Source of the DNA: an uncultured Candidatus Saccharibacteria bacterium
GTDB taxonomy: Bacteria; Patescibacteriota; Saccharimonadia; Saccharimonadales; CAIOMD01
Direction of reading: 5' to 3'
Length of the DNA stretch: 64,000 bases
NCBI GenBank assembly: GCA_963716565.1
Contig: OY970318.1
Coordinates: forward strand, 644,284 to 708,283
The stretch's first letter is position 1. Every line of letters starts with the position of its first letter. Of the stretch, positions 19,100 through 28,631 are shown piece after piece. Under the pieces are notes generated by a model that was not told the origin of the DNA, did no database searches, and saw only the letters and a list, made by a program, of their open reading frames with translations. The position numbers and the translations under genes are program-made.

Positions 19100-20374
19100 C
19101 TAAGGCTTCATGAACAGTAGGGATCCATTCTTGATGCTTAACCGCGTAATAAGACCACAAGCGAAAGCTGTTTTTTCACATTCGGTTCCTTTTGATAAGA
19201 CATATCTTGAGTATTCAATTAGGGGAGTATCTAGTTCTACCTCGATTTTGTAGTGGTTAAGAAGTGTTCTCGTAACACCAAGATGTTTCTCTATTTTCGC
19301 GCGCAATTTGTCAGTGATTTCAATTTTGTCATAATTCTTTTCGATGAATTCTTGTATTAGTGTACATAGGTTATTCTCGTTTATATATTTCTCTTGGCAA
19401 TTCGGGTCTACTCGTTTTGTACAGTTGTAATAGACATGACGATTAATTTCACCGTTCTTTAACTTCTTGAATTTCTCCTGTGCGGTTATATCTGCCCCGC
19501 AGCGTCCGCATTTCAGTAAACCACGGAATGCAAACTGTTTTGATCCCCAAATGCCTTTGTAGGTGCCTCTAGTTTGCTGAACAAGCTCAAATAGCTCTTT
19601 AGATATTAGTGGTTTATGCGAACCCTTGAACCACTTACCTGAACCTTCCGGATATTCAAACTCTCCGTAGTAAAAGGTTGTAGTCAGAATAATAAATATT
19701 TGGCTAAGAGTAATTGGTCTCCCTGAACGATTTGTGAAGCTTTGATTGTCAAACCAATCTTTTAATCTTCTGCCGCTCCAGCCATCTTGCCCAGCTTTTC
19801 TAAACATTTCGGCTATTATTTCTGCTCGCTCCGGGTCGGGGATTATGTCTTTTATGCCTCCAAAATGGCGGTTCATATAACCCAGTGGAGCCGCTCCGGG
19901 TCGCCAACCCATTTCGCACTTTGCCTTAATCCCTCTTTTGACATTCACGCTTTTGTTATCGTTTTCTAGTTTTGCTTGCGAGCAAAGGATCATCAGTAAG
20001 AATTTTTCATTTGGGTTGTTGGTAAACGTTTGTGAATATGTACGAATGTGTAGTAGCTTACCTTGATCCATTAAGTCGACTATCGATCCTAAGTCGCCAG
20101 CATTCCTGCTAAGACGATCGGGTGCCCATGTGAGCACAGCATTGTATTCTTTATTACGTAATCCTTCGAGTAACTGGTTGTAAGTGGGTCGTTGCCCAGA
20201 TTCTTTGGCAGAATGGCTTTCCTGGAGTTCGCAAACAATACTCAACTGTTCGTTCTCTGCTAAAGCTCGCATTTCTTTTAACTGTGAGTCGATGCTCATA
20301 GTTTGTCGCTCATCCGATTCGCTTGACTTACGGGCATATAGACAATATTTAAGTTCTGGCGCTTTTGTTTCCAT
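19100..20374 (-). CDS. large serine recombinase (resolvase/invertase N-terminal domain + recombinase domain + zinc ribbon)
   Basis: 424 aa. N-terminal YARKSSESDERQ..SIDSQ catalytic-Ser region, a central recombinase domain, and CGRCGADITAQEK...YYNC Cys pairs. Confidence 0.85.
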   Translation of the reverse strand: METKAPELKYCLYARKSSESDERQTMSIDSQLKEMRALAENEQLSIVCELQESHSAKESGQRPTYNQLLEGLRNKEYNAVLTWAPDRLSRNAGDLGSIVDLMDQGKLLHIRTYSQTFTNNPNEKFLLMILCSQAKLENDNKSVNVKRGIKAKCEMGWRPGAAPLGYMNRHFGGIKDIIPDPERAEIIAEMFRKAGQDGWSGRRLKDWFDNQSFTNRSGRPITLSQIFIILTTTFYYGEFEYPEGSGKWFKGSHKPLISKELFELVQQTRGTYKGIWGSKQFAFRGLLKCGRCGADITAQEKFKKLKNGEINRHVYYNCTKRVDPNCQEKYINENNLCTLIQEFIEKNYDKIEITDKLRAKIEKHLGVTRTLLNHYKIEVELDTPLIEYSRYVLSKGTECEKTAFACGLITRLSIKNGSLLFMKP

Positions 20375-20423
20375 AGTAGGACAAAGAATACCGCGATAGT
20401 TACTGAAGTCTAGCCCAAATTGA

Positions 20424-21071
20424 CTACTTAATAGGGCAAAAGAGTCCTTTGTACTTCTGTTGGTCTATGTCGTGATCCATTAGTATCTCTAATAAATTAT
20501 CTAGGGAATTTTTAACAGAGTCGAGGTAATACGCATCACTTCTAGCATCAAAACCATTTTCAGTCCACGCAAGAACGGCCATGCCGAGTATACTGCAAGT
20601 TTTTATTTCTACACCCAGCACTTCTTTTATGTCTTTAACGACATTCCAATAATCAGTTCTGTTATTGGGAAAATCCCAACAAATAACAAGAGGTATTAGA
20701 TTATCGCGTTTTATTCCACGTCTACTTACTAATACCGCTATGTCATCTAAGAGATTTCGTGGTGCGTCTAAGACTGCGGTTGACGGTATCTCAACCTCAC
20801 AGACTATTTTATGGTCGTTACTTGGGTCATCAATAAGTACATCGTATCTTTCATTTACATCACCCTTGCGAGGGAAATGCGCCTCTAGACCTAATTTGTC
20901 ACAAAGAGCTTTAATTAAGTATCTAAAACCATTTGGGTCTAGTTTTAGCCGTTGATAACTTGACACCAACAGATCCATCTTTTGGCTTAAATCAAAGTCA
21001 TTGTTTACAAGCTCCGAAATATAGTCTTTCTCTTCGGGCTTCGACTGTTGTTTAGTTTTATAGATTTGCAA
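20424..21071 (-). CDS. restriction endonuclease small subunit candidate (PD-(D/E)XK-like)
   Basis: 215 aa. The segment ERYDVLIDDPSNDHKIVCEVEIPS aligns by eye with ERFDVIIPDKKFSIPVEVKSP in the C-terminus of the adjacent 588-aa protein, so the two nuclease domains are paralogous. Confidence 0.5.
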   Translation of the reverse strand: MQIYKTKQQSKPEEKDYISELVNNDFDLSQKMDLLVSSYQRLKLDPNGFRYLIKALCDKLGLEAHFPRKGDVNERYDVLIDDPSNDHKIVCEVEIPSTAVLDAPRNLLDDIAVLVSRRGIKRDNLIPLVICWDFPNNRTDYWNVVKDIKEVLGVEIKTCSILGMAVLAWTENGFDARSDAYYLDSVKNSLDNLLEILMDHDIDQQKYKGLFCPIK

Positions 21072-22824
21072 AGCTAATTACTCCTCTCACGTCCGAAAAA
21101 TCAGAAATTAGATAGTTCTTGTCGTTCAATAGACAGTAATACGCTGCCGAGAGAAGAATATCCATATCTGCTATAGCTATATTGACGCCATACAAAGTAT
21201 GAATATCCTCTATCAGTTTATAAACATCAGAGCGTTCGTTTGGTATGTTATATCCGACTGCAAAGGTGCTAATTTCAGGAATAGTAGGGTAGTATTTACC
21301 ATATCTTGAAAGCAAAACAACCTTGTTTTCTAAAGCTTGCCGTACGGCTTTCACTGAGAGCATTACCTCTTCTGTTGGCGATTTAACTTCTACTGGGATT
21401 GAGAATTTTTTATCCGGGATAATGACATCAAATCGCTCGTTATTTACGCCTGCCTGTGGCGCTCTAGCGTCCAAGCCAAAAATAATTTGAAATAACTCAG
21501 CCACAAATGGGTAAAACTCCATCTGCTTCATAGTGATGGCCTTGCCGCTCATAACCCTAATTGCGTCGTGTGTATCGTTCTTGCAGTCATTCAATGTTTC
21601 TAGTAATTCATGCTTGGCACTGTTACGTTTCGCGGTAGTGGTATGAACTACCCCGATTGACTTGTCCGATTTAAAAGTATAGCCAATGGCGGTAGACCGA
21701 CTCACCGCGAAGTCTACAGTCTTATCTCCGATATCAGTTTCGTAATCGGGCAGTACATCTTTTATGCTTTGTTTATCAAAGTATTGGTAGGGAGAAAATA
21801 GCACCTTTTTTGCTCCAAAGGTTTCTGCAATTTCATTGATCTCAACCTCCATAGCGTCGAGCTCCTCATCAACAAGAAAGTCTGCTCTCCTTAACATTTG
21901 GAGAAAGCCTACTTTAGAAACCGAATTGATTATTGTTTGATCTTTTTCTAGTAGTACGCTTCCATTAATGGAGGCAACCTCGTCTAGCCATGCAATCAAT
22001 GCAGTACCTTTGGGGGTAATTTTTAGGAAATCTTTTTTCGAGCCATAGACGTTGCTGATATCCTTTTTTAGCCATCCGCAAAAAACCAAGGCAGAAATAA
22101 CAAACCGAGTGTAGTTTCTCATTGTATTTATTTCGATTCCGAGATCGTGTGATAATTTTTTCAGCTCTGCTTTGAGGTTGGAGTATTTCTTTGTGATTCG
22201 AAGATTTTTAATCGTATCGGACGTATTCTCAATTTCATCATTGTTATATCCATTCGATAAATTCATTGGTCCGATTAAAATTTCATCTCGACAAATTTCA
22301 CCGTCCAGTAGCGACACAGTCCTCATGATACTAACAAACGGCTTGTTAATATCGCGGAACTTAACGTCCAATATCTTGTTAGGATAATTTATGCCAAGTA
22401 AACATTGTTCGAACAATTTACCAGACGACTCCCCAGCAGTGGCAACGTGGACACCTAGGAATGTGAAATTAAATCTTAATGCAGCATCCTCGCTGGAAAC
22501 AATCCAGCCCAAGAAACGATAAACCTCAGCGTACATTTTGGCTTGGTTATATAAAGGGTTCCTAGACGTATCTTTTCGCTCATATGATTTTTCAAGTGCT
22601 TGTGCTCCAATATAGCCGGATGAGCTTGCAACATTCTCAGCTACCATAATGTCTGCCATATTGTTCAGATCGAAAGATTGAGCATTAGCTAAGTTGGCAT
22701 AGAGTAGCTTGAAGATGTTAATCAGCTGGCTAATATCTGACCCTGGGTTGGGAAATCTGATCATATCCCTGTCATTATAGTTCAGGCAAGAGTCGGCTAC
22801 AAACTCACAAAAATTATTTTGCAA
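21058..22824 (-). CDS. restriction endonuclease large subunit candidate (N-terminal recognition region + C-terminal PD-(D/E)XK nuclease)
   Basis: 588 aa. C-terminal D...EVK motif (FDVIIPD...PVEVKSP). In an operon directly after two DNA MTases, and overlaps the small-subunit gene by 14 nt. Confidence 0.55.
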   Translation of the reverse strand: MQNNFCEFVADSCLNYNDRDMIRFPNPGSDISQLINIFKLLYANLANAQSFDLNNMADIMVAENVASSSGYIGAQALEKSYERKDTSRNPLYNQAKMYAEVYRFLGWIVSSEDAALRFNFTFLGVHVATAGESSGKLFEQCLLGINYPNKILDVKFRDINKPFVSIMRTVSLLDGEICRDEILIGPMNLSNGYNNDEIENTSDTIKNLRITKKYSNLKAELKKLSHDLGIEINTMRNYTRFVISALVFCGWLKKDISNVYGSKKDFLKITPKGTALIAWLDEVASINGSVLLEKDQTIINSVSKVGFLQMLRRADFLVDEELDAMEVEINEIAETFGAKKVLFSPYQYFDKQSIKDVLPDYETDIGDKTVDFAVSRSTAIGYTFKSDKSIGVVHTTTAKRNSAKHELLETLNDCKNDTHDAIRVMSGKAITMKQMEFYPFVAELFQIIFGLDARAPQAGVNNERFDVIIPDKKFSIPVEVKSPTEEVMLSVKAVRQALENKVVLLSRYGKYYPTIPEISTFAVGYNIPNERSDVYKLIEDIHTLYGVNIAIADMDILLSAAYYCLLNDKNYLISDFSDVRGVISFANL

Positions 22825-22829
22825 TAGGA

Positions 22830-23636
22830 TTAAGAAGATTGGTCTAAATCAAGAGCTGTAGGCTCGTAGGTGGATTTTGAGATTCTGTCCTTAGCCATTT
22901 GAACATATTCGGGGTTTAGCTCTATGCCGACATAGTTCCTATGATTCTTTTTGGCACTCACGCACTCACTTCCGGATCCAGCGAATGGTACTAGCACCAA
23001 GTCACCTTCATTTGAAAAATGCTTAACAATCTTATCGCATATAGTTAGGGGTTTTTGGGTTGGGTGTGGGTACTTTTCGCCAGCAAACCTTTTACCCGCA
23101 AGCGTTGGTATATCCCATATGTCTCCTGCGTGTTTCCCTAGAGGGTTAGGAGTCCAAACCTTACCATTCTTTATTATTTTATTTTTCAGTCTTTCGGTGC
23201 TCAAGTATGGCTCTCTGATTTGGTGGTATGTGTAACCATTTCCTTTATGGAACCATAATAGTGGTTCGTACGTAGCTGCCGGACGATTTTTATAGGGAGA
23301 AAAGCCGTTCTTATAGTGCCAAATAAACATTCTTCCATAATCGAACCCAAGGTCATAAAGCATTTTCTGTATGTAGCCTATGTTGTGGTGTATCCCGTAG
23401 ACAAATATCGAACCACCATCTTTTAATACTCTATGTGACTCACTTAGCCACTTTTCAGACCATTTCAGCCACACATCTCGATCATTTAGAGTCCACTTTA
23501 TGCCCACTTGGAATTCTTTATCCTTTTCCATGCCATAAGGAGGATCGGCAATAATCAGGTCAATGCTACTATCGTCTATTTTCTTCAATAGTTTCACCAC
23601 ATCGCCCTGATGTACTTGGTTACTTTTTAGCATCAC
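22830..23636 (-). CDS. DNA methyltransferase (N6-A/N4-C type, beta-class motif order)
   Basis: 268 aa. DPPYG (motif IV) near the N-terminus and VPFAGSGSE (motif I) near the C-terminus. Confidence 0.85.
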   Translation of the reverse strand: MMLKSNQVHQGDVVKLLKKIDDSSIDLIIADPPYGMEKDKEFQVGIKWTLNDRDVWLKWSEKWLSESHRVLKDGGSIFVYGIHHNIGYIQKMLYDLGFDYGRMFIWHYKNGFSPYKNRPAATYEPLLWFHKGNGYTYHQIREPYLSTERLKNKIIKNGKVWTPNPLGKHAGDIWDIPTLAGKRFAGEKYPHPTQKPLTICDKIVKHFSNEGDLVLVPFAGSGSECVSAKKNHRNYVGIELNPEYVQMAKDRISKSTYEPTALDLDQSS

Positions 23637-24483
23637 TATCCTTGGTACTTTGTAGAATTATTATGTACTGATGGTGCATGTTTGGCACATACGAATAGGG
23701 GTAACCATAGGGAAATATTTTTTTATGTCTTTGGTATAGCACGGTCATCCCCTTAAGCTTAAATTCGCCAGAATCTTCAATCTTTTTTGCGAGGTCGGCA
23801 TGAAATAGATAAAACTGATCTTTATGTCTGAAATCGCTCACAACGATACACATATATTTTTTTGGTTTCAGTATTCTTCCGCAATCAATGAAAAATTTAG
23901 AGAGTATGTCAATAAAATCTTCGTAATTTTCTATATTGGCAAGATCCTCTTTTAGCTCACTATAGTTCAGGTCAAGATTATTGGCCTGTCTCTCCTTAGT
24001 TTTGTGGTCAGGCTTTTTGTTTAAGATAGTCCAGTAAGGTGGGCTTGTTACAAGAAGATCGACGCTGTTATCTTTCAGCTTTTTAATCTCTTTTATTGAA
24101 TCACCGTGAATCACTCTTTGCTCGGATGAATCATCTACTTCTTTGTCTAATCTTTCAAGGCTCAAATCGTAGAACTTTTCAACAAGCTCAATTCCTACTC
24201 CTTTTCGCCCCTCAATTGCAGCAGCCTTGAGCGTAGAAGCGACCCCCAGAAATGGATCGAATACCGTATCGCCTTTTTTTGTGAAGAACCTTATAAGCCG
24301 AGCAACATCTTGAAATGAGTATGGTGCTGGGTGCATTTTCTCTATTTTTGCATCGTCATGTCCAGCACCGAGACCTTTTTGTACAAATACAGAAATTGTC
24401 TCAGGTAGCCACTCTTTTGCAGTCAAATCATTGAGCTTATTGACGAGTTTTCGTTTAGGTTTTTCGTTATTTTCTTCTAGCAT
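23620..24483 (-). CDS. DNA methyltransferase (N6-A/N4-C type, motif I before motif IV)
   Basis: 287 aa. VFDPFLGVAST (motif I-like) at ~aa 75 and TSPPYW (motif IV) at ~aa 147. Confidence 0.8.
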   Translation of the reverse strand: MLEENNEKPKRKLVNKLNDLTAKEWLPETISVFVQKGLGAGHDDAKIEKMHPAPYSFQDVARLIRFFTKKGDTVFDPFLGVASTLKAAAIEGRKGVGIELVEKFYDLSLERLDKEVDDSSEQRVIHGDSIKEIKKLKDNSVDLLVTSPPYWTILNKKPDHKTKERQANNLDLNYSELKEDLANIENYEDFIDILSKFFIDCGRILKPKKYMCIVVSDFRHKDQFYLFHADLAKKIEDSGEFKLKGMTVLYQRHKKIFPYGYPYSYVPNMHHQYIIILQSTKDSDAKK

Positions 24484-24528
24484 ACTTAATAGTCTAACAA
24501 TTAATTACAGTTTTGTCTTCCCCTGACT

Positions 24529-24542
24529 AGAACTTATGTTCT
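24529..24542. promoter_or_regulatory. palindromic operator candidate AGAAC-TTAT-GTTCT
   Basis: GAAC-N4-GTTC core about 45 nt upstream of the first MTase start (24483). Confidence 0.35.
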
Positions 24543-24616
24543 GGAATATACAACCACCACATAGAACGTACTGCAATGGTATCAAAAGTCCAGGCTAATA
24601 TCAGCTACTCTTACAA

Positions 24617-25105
24617 CTAGTCCCAAAAAATATCCGTGGAGCCGTAGTCGCCATTTTCCCTGTAACATGTTGCATATAAGTACTTAGGCTTTATTTGAAA
24701 GACATTAAAGCGGGTACCGTCCTTTTCGGTAAAATCAGCGAAATTTAAGGCTGCATGCTGACCAGAGATAACGCTATAAGCCGCACCAGACATATATTTG
24801 TAATCTTGATTTAGGGTAAATTTACAGCCCGAGAAATCCTTTGCCTCGTTATTTATAAACGTTATTCCGTCTGCATTGTATGAAGCACTAACATTTAAAG
24901 TATCTGGGTCGCTAGATACTTTTGTTGGTGTGGGCGTGGAATTTGCTGTTGTTTTGGTCGTTGTCGTATTGTTTTGGCCAGCCTCTTTAGATTTAGAGTC
25001 AATATCGTTAAACGTGCTTACTACCATAGATAGCAGTATTAACATGCCCAAAATAGCCCACCATTTGAAATACCATTTTTTACCCGTTGCTTTATTCTTT
25101 TGCAT
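24617..25105 (-). CDS. membrane-anchored/secreted hypothetical protein
   Basis: 162 aa. N-terminal TM helix, Thr-rich linker (TTTTKTTANSTPTPTK), C-terminal domain with 2 Cys. Confidence 0.55.
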   Translation of the reverse strand: MQKNKATGKKWYFKWWAILGMLILLSMVVSTFNDIDSKSKEAGQNNTTTTKTTANSTPTPTKVSSDPDTLNVSASYNADGITFINNEAKDFSGCKFTLNQDYKYMSGAAYSVISGQHAALNFADFTEKDGTRFNVFQIKPKYLYATCYRENGDYGSTDIFWD

Positions 25106-25290
25106 TTACTTCCTCCGTCTAATTGATGACGCGATCTTGCGAGGAAGTCCATACAAAAAGGACAGCCACGCTAGATTGTCTAGACCAGAGCAAGCAGTGA
25201 TGCCTGCTTTTTCGCGTAGCTGCCCATTTATTGGCACCACTACGCAAGAACAATCTTGCATTGCTGTTTGCTCTGATCTAGACATTTTTA

Positions 25291-25737
25291 TTATATATCA
25301 GTTCTGTTCCTTTCGTCCTCTATCTGTTTTTCTACTTGCTCACGAATCTGGGTAATCATTTTAAGCACCGCTAAGTCGCTTTTAGCTGCAGCGGCGTTTA
25401 GAAGGTCAAATGCAATTGATTCGAAGAATCTCAATCTTTTAAGCTCGGCTACACTCACTCCGGCATATCGCTTGGAATTGTGATCAAGCCAATATCGTAT
25501 GCCTTGCATATTGCCAGAGTTAATAGCTTCCAATAATTTCGACTCTGCAAAATCATTCATTTTGTCACGACCTCGTGCGATCACAGCCTCGGCCTGCTCT
25601 TTGAACCCAGGATTAGACCCGCACCACCTATAAAAGGTGGAGCGAGCAATGCCGACTTTTTTGCAGGCCCTTTCAATGAGTGGATTATCCTCCAGCTCAT
25701 TTAGTATCCGTCTCTGATTTTTATTCCTTGGCTTCAT
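25291..25737 (-). CDS. helix-turn-helix protein (phage terminase-small-subunit/phBC6A51-like HTH)
   Basis: 148 aa. ACKKVGIARSTFYRWCGSNPGFKEQ pattern, typical of phage HTH/terminase-small-like proteins. Confidence 0.55.
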   Translation of the reverse strand: MKPRNKNQRRILNELEDNPLIERACKKVGIARSTFYRWCGSNPGFKEQAEAVIARGRDKMNDFAESKLLEAINSGNMQGIRYWLDHNSKRYAGVSVAELKRLRFFESIAFDLLNAAAAKSDLAVLKMITQIREQVEKQIEDERNRTDI

Positions 25738-27064
25738 GGATTAGCACTCTTTTTATACCAGTCACTTTTTCCCAACGAGCTAGTGCGACTTCGGCATAAA
25801 TTGGCTGTTTCTCCATGGTGTAGCACCGACGCTTCAGTTTTGTTGCTGCTATAAGGGTGCTCCCCGATCCACAGAACGGCTCAACTACCAGGTCATCACG
25901 TTTTGTAAGCACCTTTATGTAAGGTATCAGTATCTCCAGCGGTTTAATGCCAAATATGACACCTTGCCCAGAGCTTTTCTCGTCTGCTGCATTGCGTTCA
26001 ATGAAGTCAGTTGGTTGATATTTTTTACCTTTTTCATAACCCTCCCATTGTGGCTTACCAGCCGTGGCAAAGAGTGCGGTTTCGTAGGTTTCCTGCAAGG
26101 GTTCTTCTTCATCTTCGTGGTTATATGCCACATTGCCACTACCACCGACCATCGCAATGTCATATTTGCTAAAAAACTTGTACTTAGCAGCGAATCCTTG
26201 GTTACGATTTGGCAAATGCCAAACAAGCATGTTTTTTACTTTCCAACCTTGAGCTTCGAAACCTGACCAAATAGTCCGGATGTTCTTCCAATTTTCATAG
26301 CAGATGATACTGAAATCTGGTTTGGCATGATTAGCCACATTTTTCATCCACTTTTCGGTAAAATCCGATGGCAACTCATCAGTGCCTATGTAGCGGCGAT
26401 TTCTTTTGGAACCGAAGCCATCAGTTGGCTTACCGTGCCGCTTAGCGCGAAGATAGTCTAAAATGTACGGCGGGTCAGTAAGGCACATATCCGCCCTGTT
26501 ACCGTTCATGAGTAGGGCGAAGTGTTCAGGGTTCATGCTGTCACCTACCATAAGACGAGATTCGCCAAGTTGGTAGATGTCTCCCGTTTTAGCATTGACA
26601 TCCCTGACTCCGGCTTTGCTGAGAGCCACACGTAAATCGAAGTTATCTGGTTCTTCGTCTACATCAAAGATGTTATCTAGTTCCTCGCTGACCCAACCAA
26701 TATCTACAAGTTCTTTTTCGGTAAAGAGTTCTGCTAAAAGCGCGTTATCAAATTCCCCCAAGTTTTTGTTTAACCGAAGATTTAGCTCTTTTTCTCTTCC
26801 CAGCTCCGGAATGTTTACGTAGACAACAGGCACCTCTGTGTATCCTAGGTCTTTGGCGACCTTAAGCCGAAAATGTCCGCCAATTACAATGTTCTTTCTA
26901 TTCGGCGCTCCATTTACTAGTAATGGATCGACAAATCCAAACCTTTTTATACTATCCACTAATTGCTGGATTGCAGCCTCTGACCATTTTCGAGGATTAT
27001 AGTCTGATGCCTTTAGTTCGTTTATTTTTACTGTTTGTATTTGTAGCTCGTTAGTTTTTGCCAT
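25721..27064 (-). CDS. ParB-like nuclease domain / DNA methyltransferase fusion
   Basis: 447 aa. N-terminal ParB/Srx pattern (NPRKW..., GGHFRLKVAKDLG), then DPPY (CLTDPPYILDY) and a C-terminal EPFCGSGST motif I. Confidence 0.8.
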   Translation of the reverse strand: MAKTNELQIQTVKINELKASDYNPRKWSEAAIQQLVDSIKRFGFVDPLLVNGAPNRKNIVIGGHFRLKVAKDLGYTEVPVVYVNIPELGREKELNLRLNKNLGEFDNALLAELFTEKELVDIGWVSEELDNIFDVDEEPDNFDLRVALSKAGVRDVNAKTGDIYQLGESRLMVGDSMNPEHFALLMNGNRADMCLTDPPYILDYLRAKRHGKPTDGFGSKRNRRYIGTDELPSDFTEKWMKNVANHAKPDFSIICYENWKNIRTIWSGFEAQGWKVKNMLVWHLPNRNQGFAAKYKFFSKYDIAMVGGSGNVAYNHEDEEEPLQETYETALFATAGKPQWEGYEKGKKYQPTDFIERNAADEKSSGQGVIFGIKPLEILIPYIKVLTKRDDLVVEPFCGSGSTLIAATKLKRRCYTMEKQPIYAEVALARWEKVTGIKRVLIHEAKE

Positions 27065-27393
27065 AACAAAAACTCCCTTCGAATTGGATCCATGATATTT
27101 GTAGCAAAAATAAAAAACGTTTCGCTTTGTTAACCATGGCTAACCAAAATTAGTTATTAATCTTGGCTATAAGCCTTTGGTCAACTTGCGAAACGCTTGT
27201 ATCCCGTGAAATTTACACGCAGTTGATAACACCAGTTAAGCATGGGCAGTTGTTAGCTGTCAAAGGTGAAAAACAGAGTAAAAAGCCCACAAATATCACT
27301 TCTGGTGCAAGGTAGTCTATTCTGGGTCCGTGGAATTTACAACAGTTAAAAATTCTTTACTTATTTTGGTAACCAAGCTAGGGTGTGGGCACT

Positions 27394-27858
27394 ATGAAAA
27401 AGCTAAAGTCACAGGATTATTCGGTTTATCTAACTAGCATTGGCTGTGGCCGTTACCAAGTATTTATAAAAAACATATCGTCATCTGCGGATTTTGTGCG
27501 AATTATCATTGGCTATACTGGCATAAAAAATGGGGAACGAGTCGGTAGAATGGTTCGGGAATGGATTATTTCGCCCCTCAAGGCCGAAAATCCCGCAGTG
27601 TTCGTTGAAGAGATATATCAAAACGAACTGCACGCTAAACGATTCTGGGTAGCTTTTCAGGCCGTGAAGCGCACTAAACCTAAAAATATACCGCTTGGCA
27701 TTTTCGCCGCTCTGTCACCAACTCCTAGCAAGTGGTTTAAGACTATCGGCTCAACTACACCTTTTAATATCGAAAGCGTTGGTTCGGCCAAAGACCTAGC
27801 TAAGTTTCCTTTAGCCCCCATGCTTATCTCAGATCCACATAAGAGCAAGATGCTTTAA
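27394..27858 (+). CDS. hypothetical protein
   Basis: ORF with ATG at 27394 (an alternative GTG lies at 27385). No family recognised. Confidence 0.4.
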   Translation: MKKLKSQDYSVYLTSIGCGRYQVFIKNISSSADFVRIIIGYTGIKNGERVGRMVREWIISPLKAENPAVFVEEIYQNELHAKRFWVAFQAVKRTKPKNIPLGIFAALSPTPSKWFKTIGSTTPFNIESVGSAKDLAKFPLAPMLISDPHKSKML

Positions 27859-27888
27859 ATATAAGGTTCGTTATTAGATAATGAGTCT

Positions 27889-28209
27889 ATGACTAGAGAA
27901 AAGTTCAAGTCGATACTACTTTGCAAAGGTTTTAAATTTCAGAAAACAACATTGTCATACCCAGGCTGGCGTGGCGATGAGGATATATACACGCATAAAC
28001 CTGAGTATAAATATACATTCCGAGTTTTTCGGATGAATAGGGATAAGCCCGATTATGGTCTATATGTTGGCATCGGGAACCAATTCAGATTACTCGATTC
28101 AATGGTCGAGCACGATATAGATTTACAAGGTAATACGGGTAGTGATAAAACTATACCGATGTGGACATATGATGCGACCATTGAGCTTATGAAAAGGCTT
28201 AAATCATGA
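27889..28209 (+). CDS. hypothetical protein
   Basis: 106-aa ORF with a 4-nt overlap with the next gene. No family recognised. Confidence 0.45.
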   Translation: MTREKFKSILLCKGFKFQKTTLSYPGWRGDEDIYTHKPEYKYTFRVFRMNRDKPDYGLYVGIGNQFRLLDSMVEHDIDLQGNTGSDKTIPMWTYDATIELMKRLKS

Positions 28210-28631
28210 GTAGTTGGGTCATCTCCTCAAATCCAGAAACATACAACGCCAAGGGTTCACTTGCGGCGAATGACAAGCTGATGGACTGGGTGACTACAAA
28301 CAACTTTGAGGCTGGAGATACGGTATACATATACGAAGTCATTCCACCACGAGGGCGAGGTGGTATTGTCTACAAAACCACCGTTACAAAAACTAATTTA
28401 TCTTTTGAAGAAAAGTTAAAAGACCATGAATTTTGGCCTGGTCATGCATACCCGAATGACGTAACACGGGCACGGTTCAGTAGGCTAAAATTAGCGAGTG
28501 AGCTAAATAGCTATGGCCTGTCGCTCAAGGTACTAAAGGAGCACGGTTTTACTGCTCCGCAAGGCCATGCCTATCTGCTCGACAATAGTCCCAAACTACT
28601 TGCATATATTGAAAGCCAATTTAGTCTATAG
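28206..28631 (+). CDS. PUA/EVE-like domain protein (tentative)
   Basis: 141 aa. The N-terminal pattern W-V-I-S-S-N-P..Y.......DW......F..GD.VYIYE resembles EVE/ASCH-type PUA-like folds. By-eye assignment only. Confidence 0.35.
   Translation: MSSWVISSNPETYNAKGSLAANDKLMDWVTTNNFEAGDTVYIYEVIPPRGRGGIVYKTTVTKTNLSFEEKLKDHEFWPGHAYPNDVTRARFSRLKLASELNSYGLSLKVLKEHGFTAPQGHAYLLDNSPKLLAYIESQFSL

Noticed and set aside
24876-25355. 159-aa + strand ORF spanning the 24617 gene and the intergenic region
   Set aside because: It is antisense to a plausible secreted protein, runs through a promoter region, and has no RBS.
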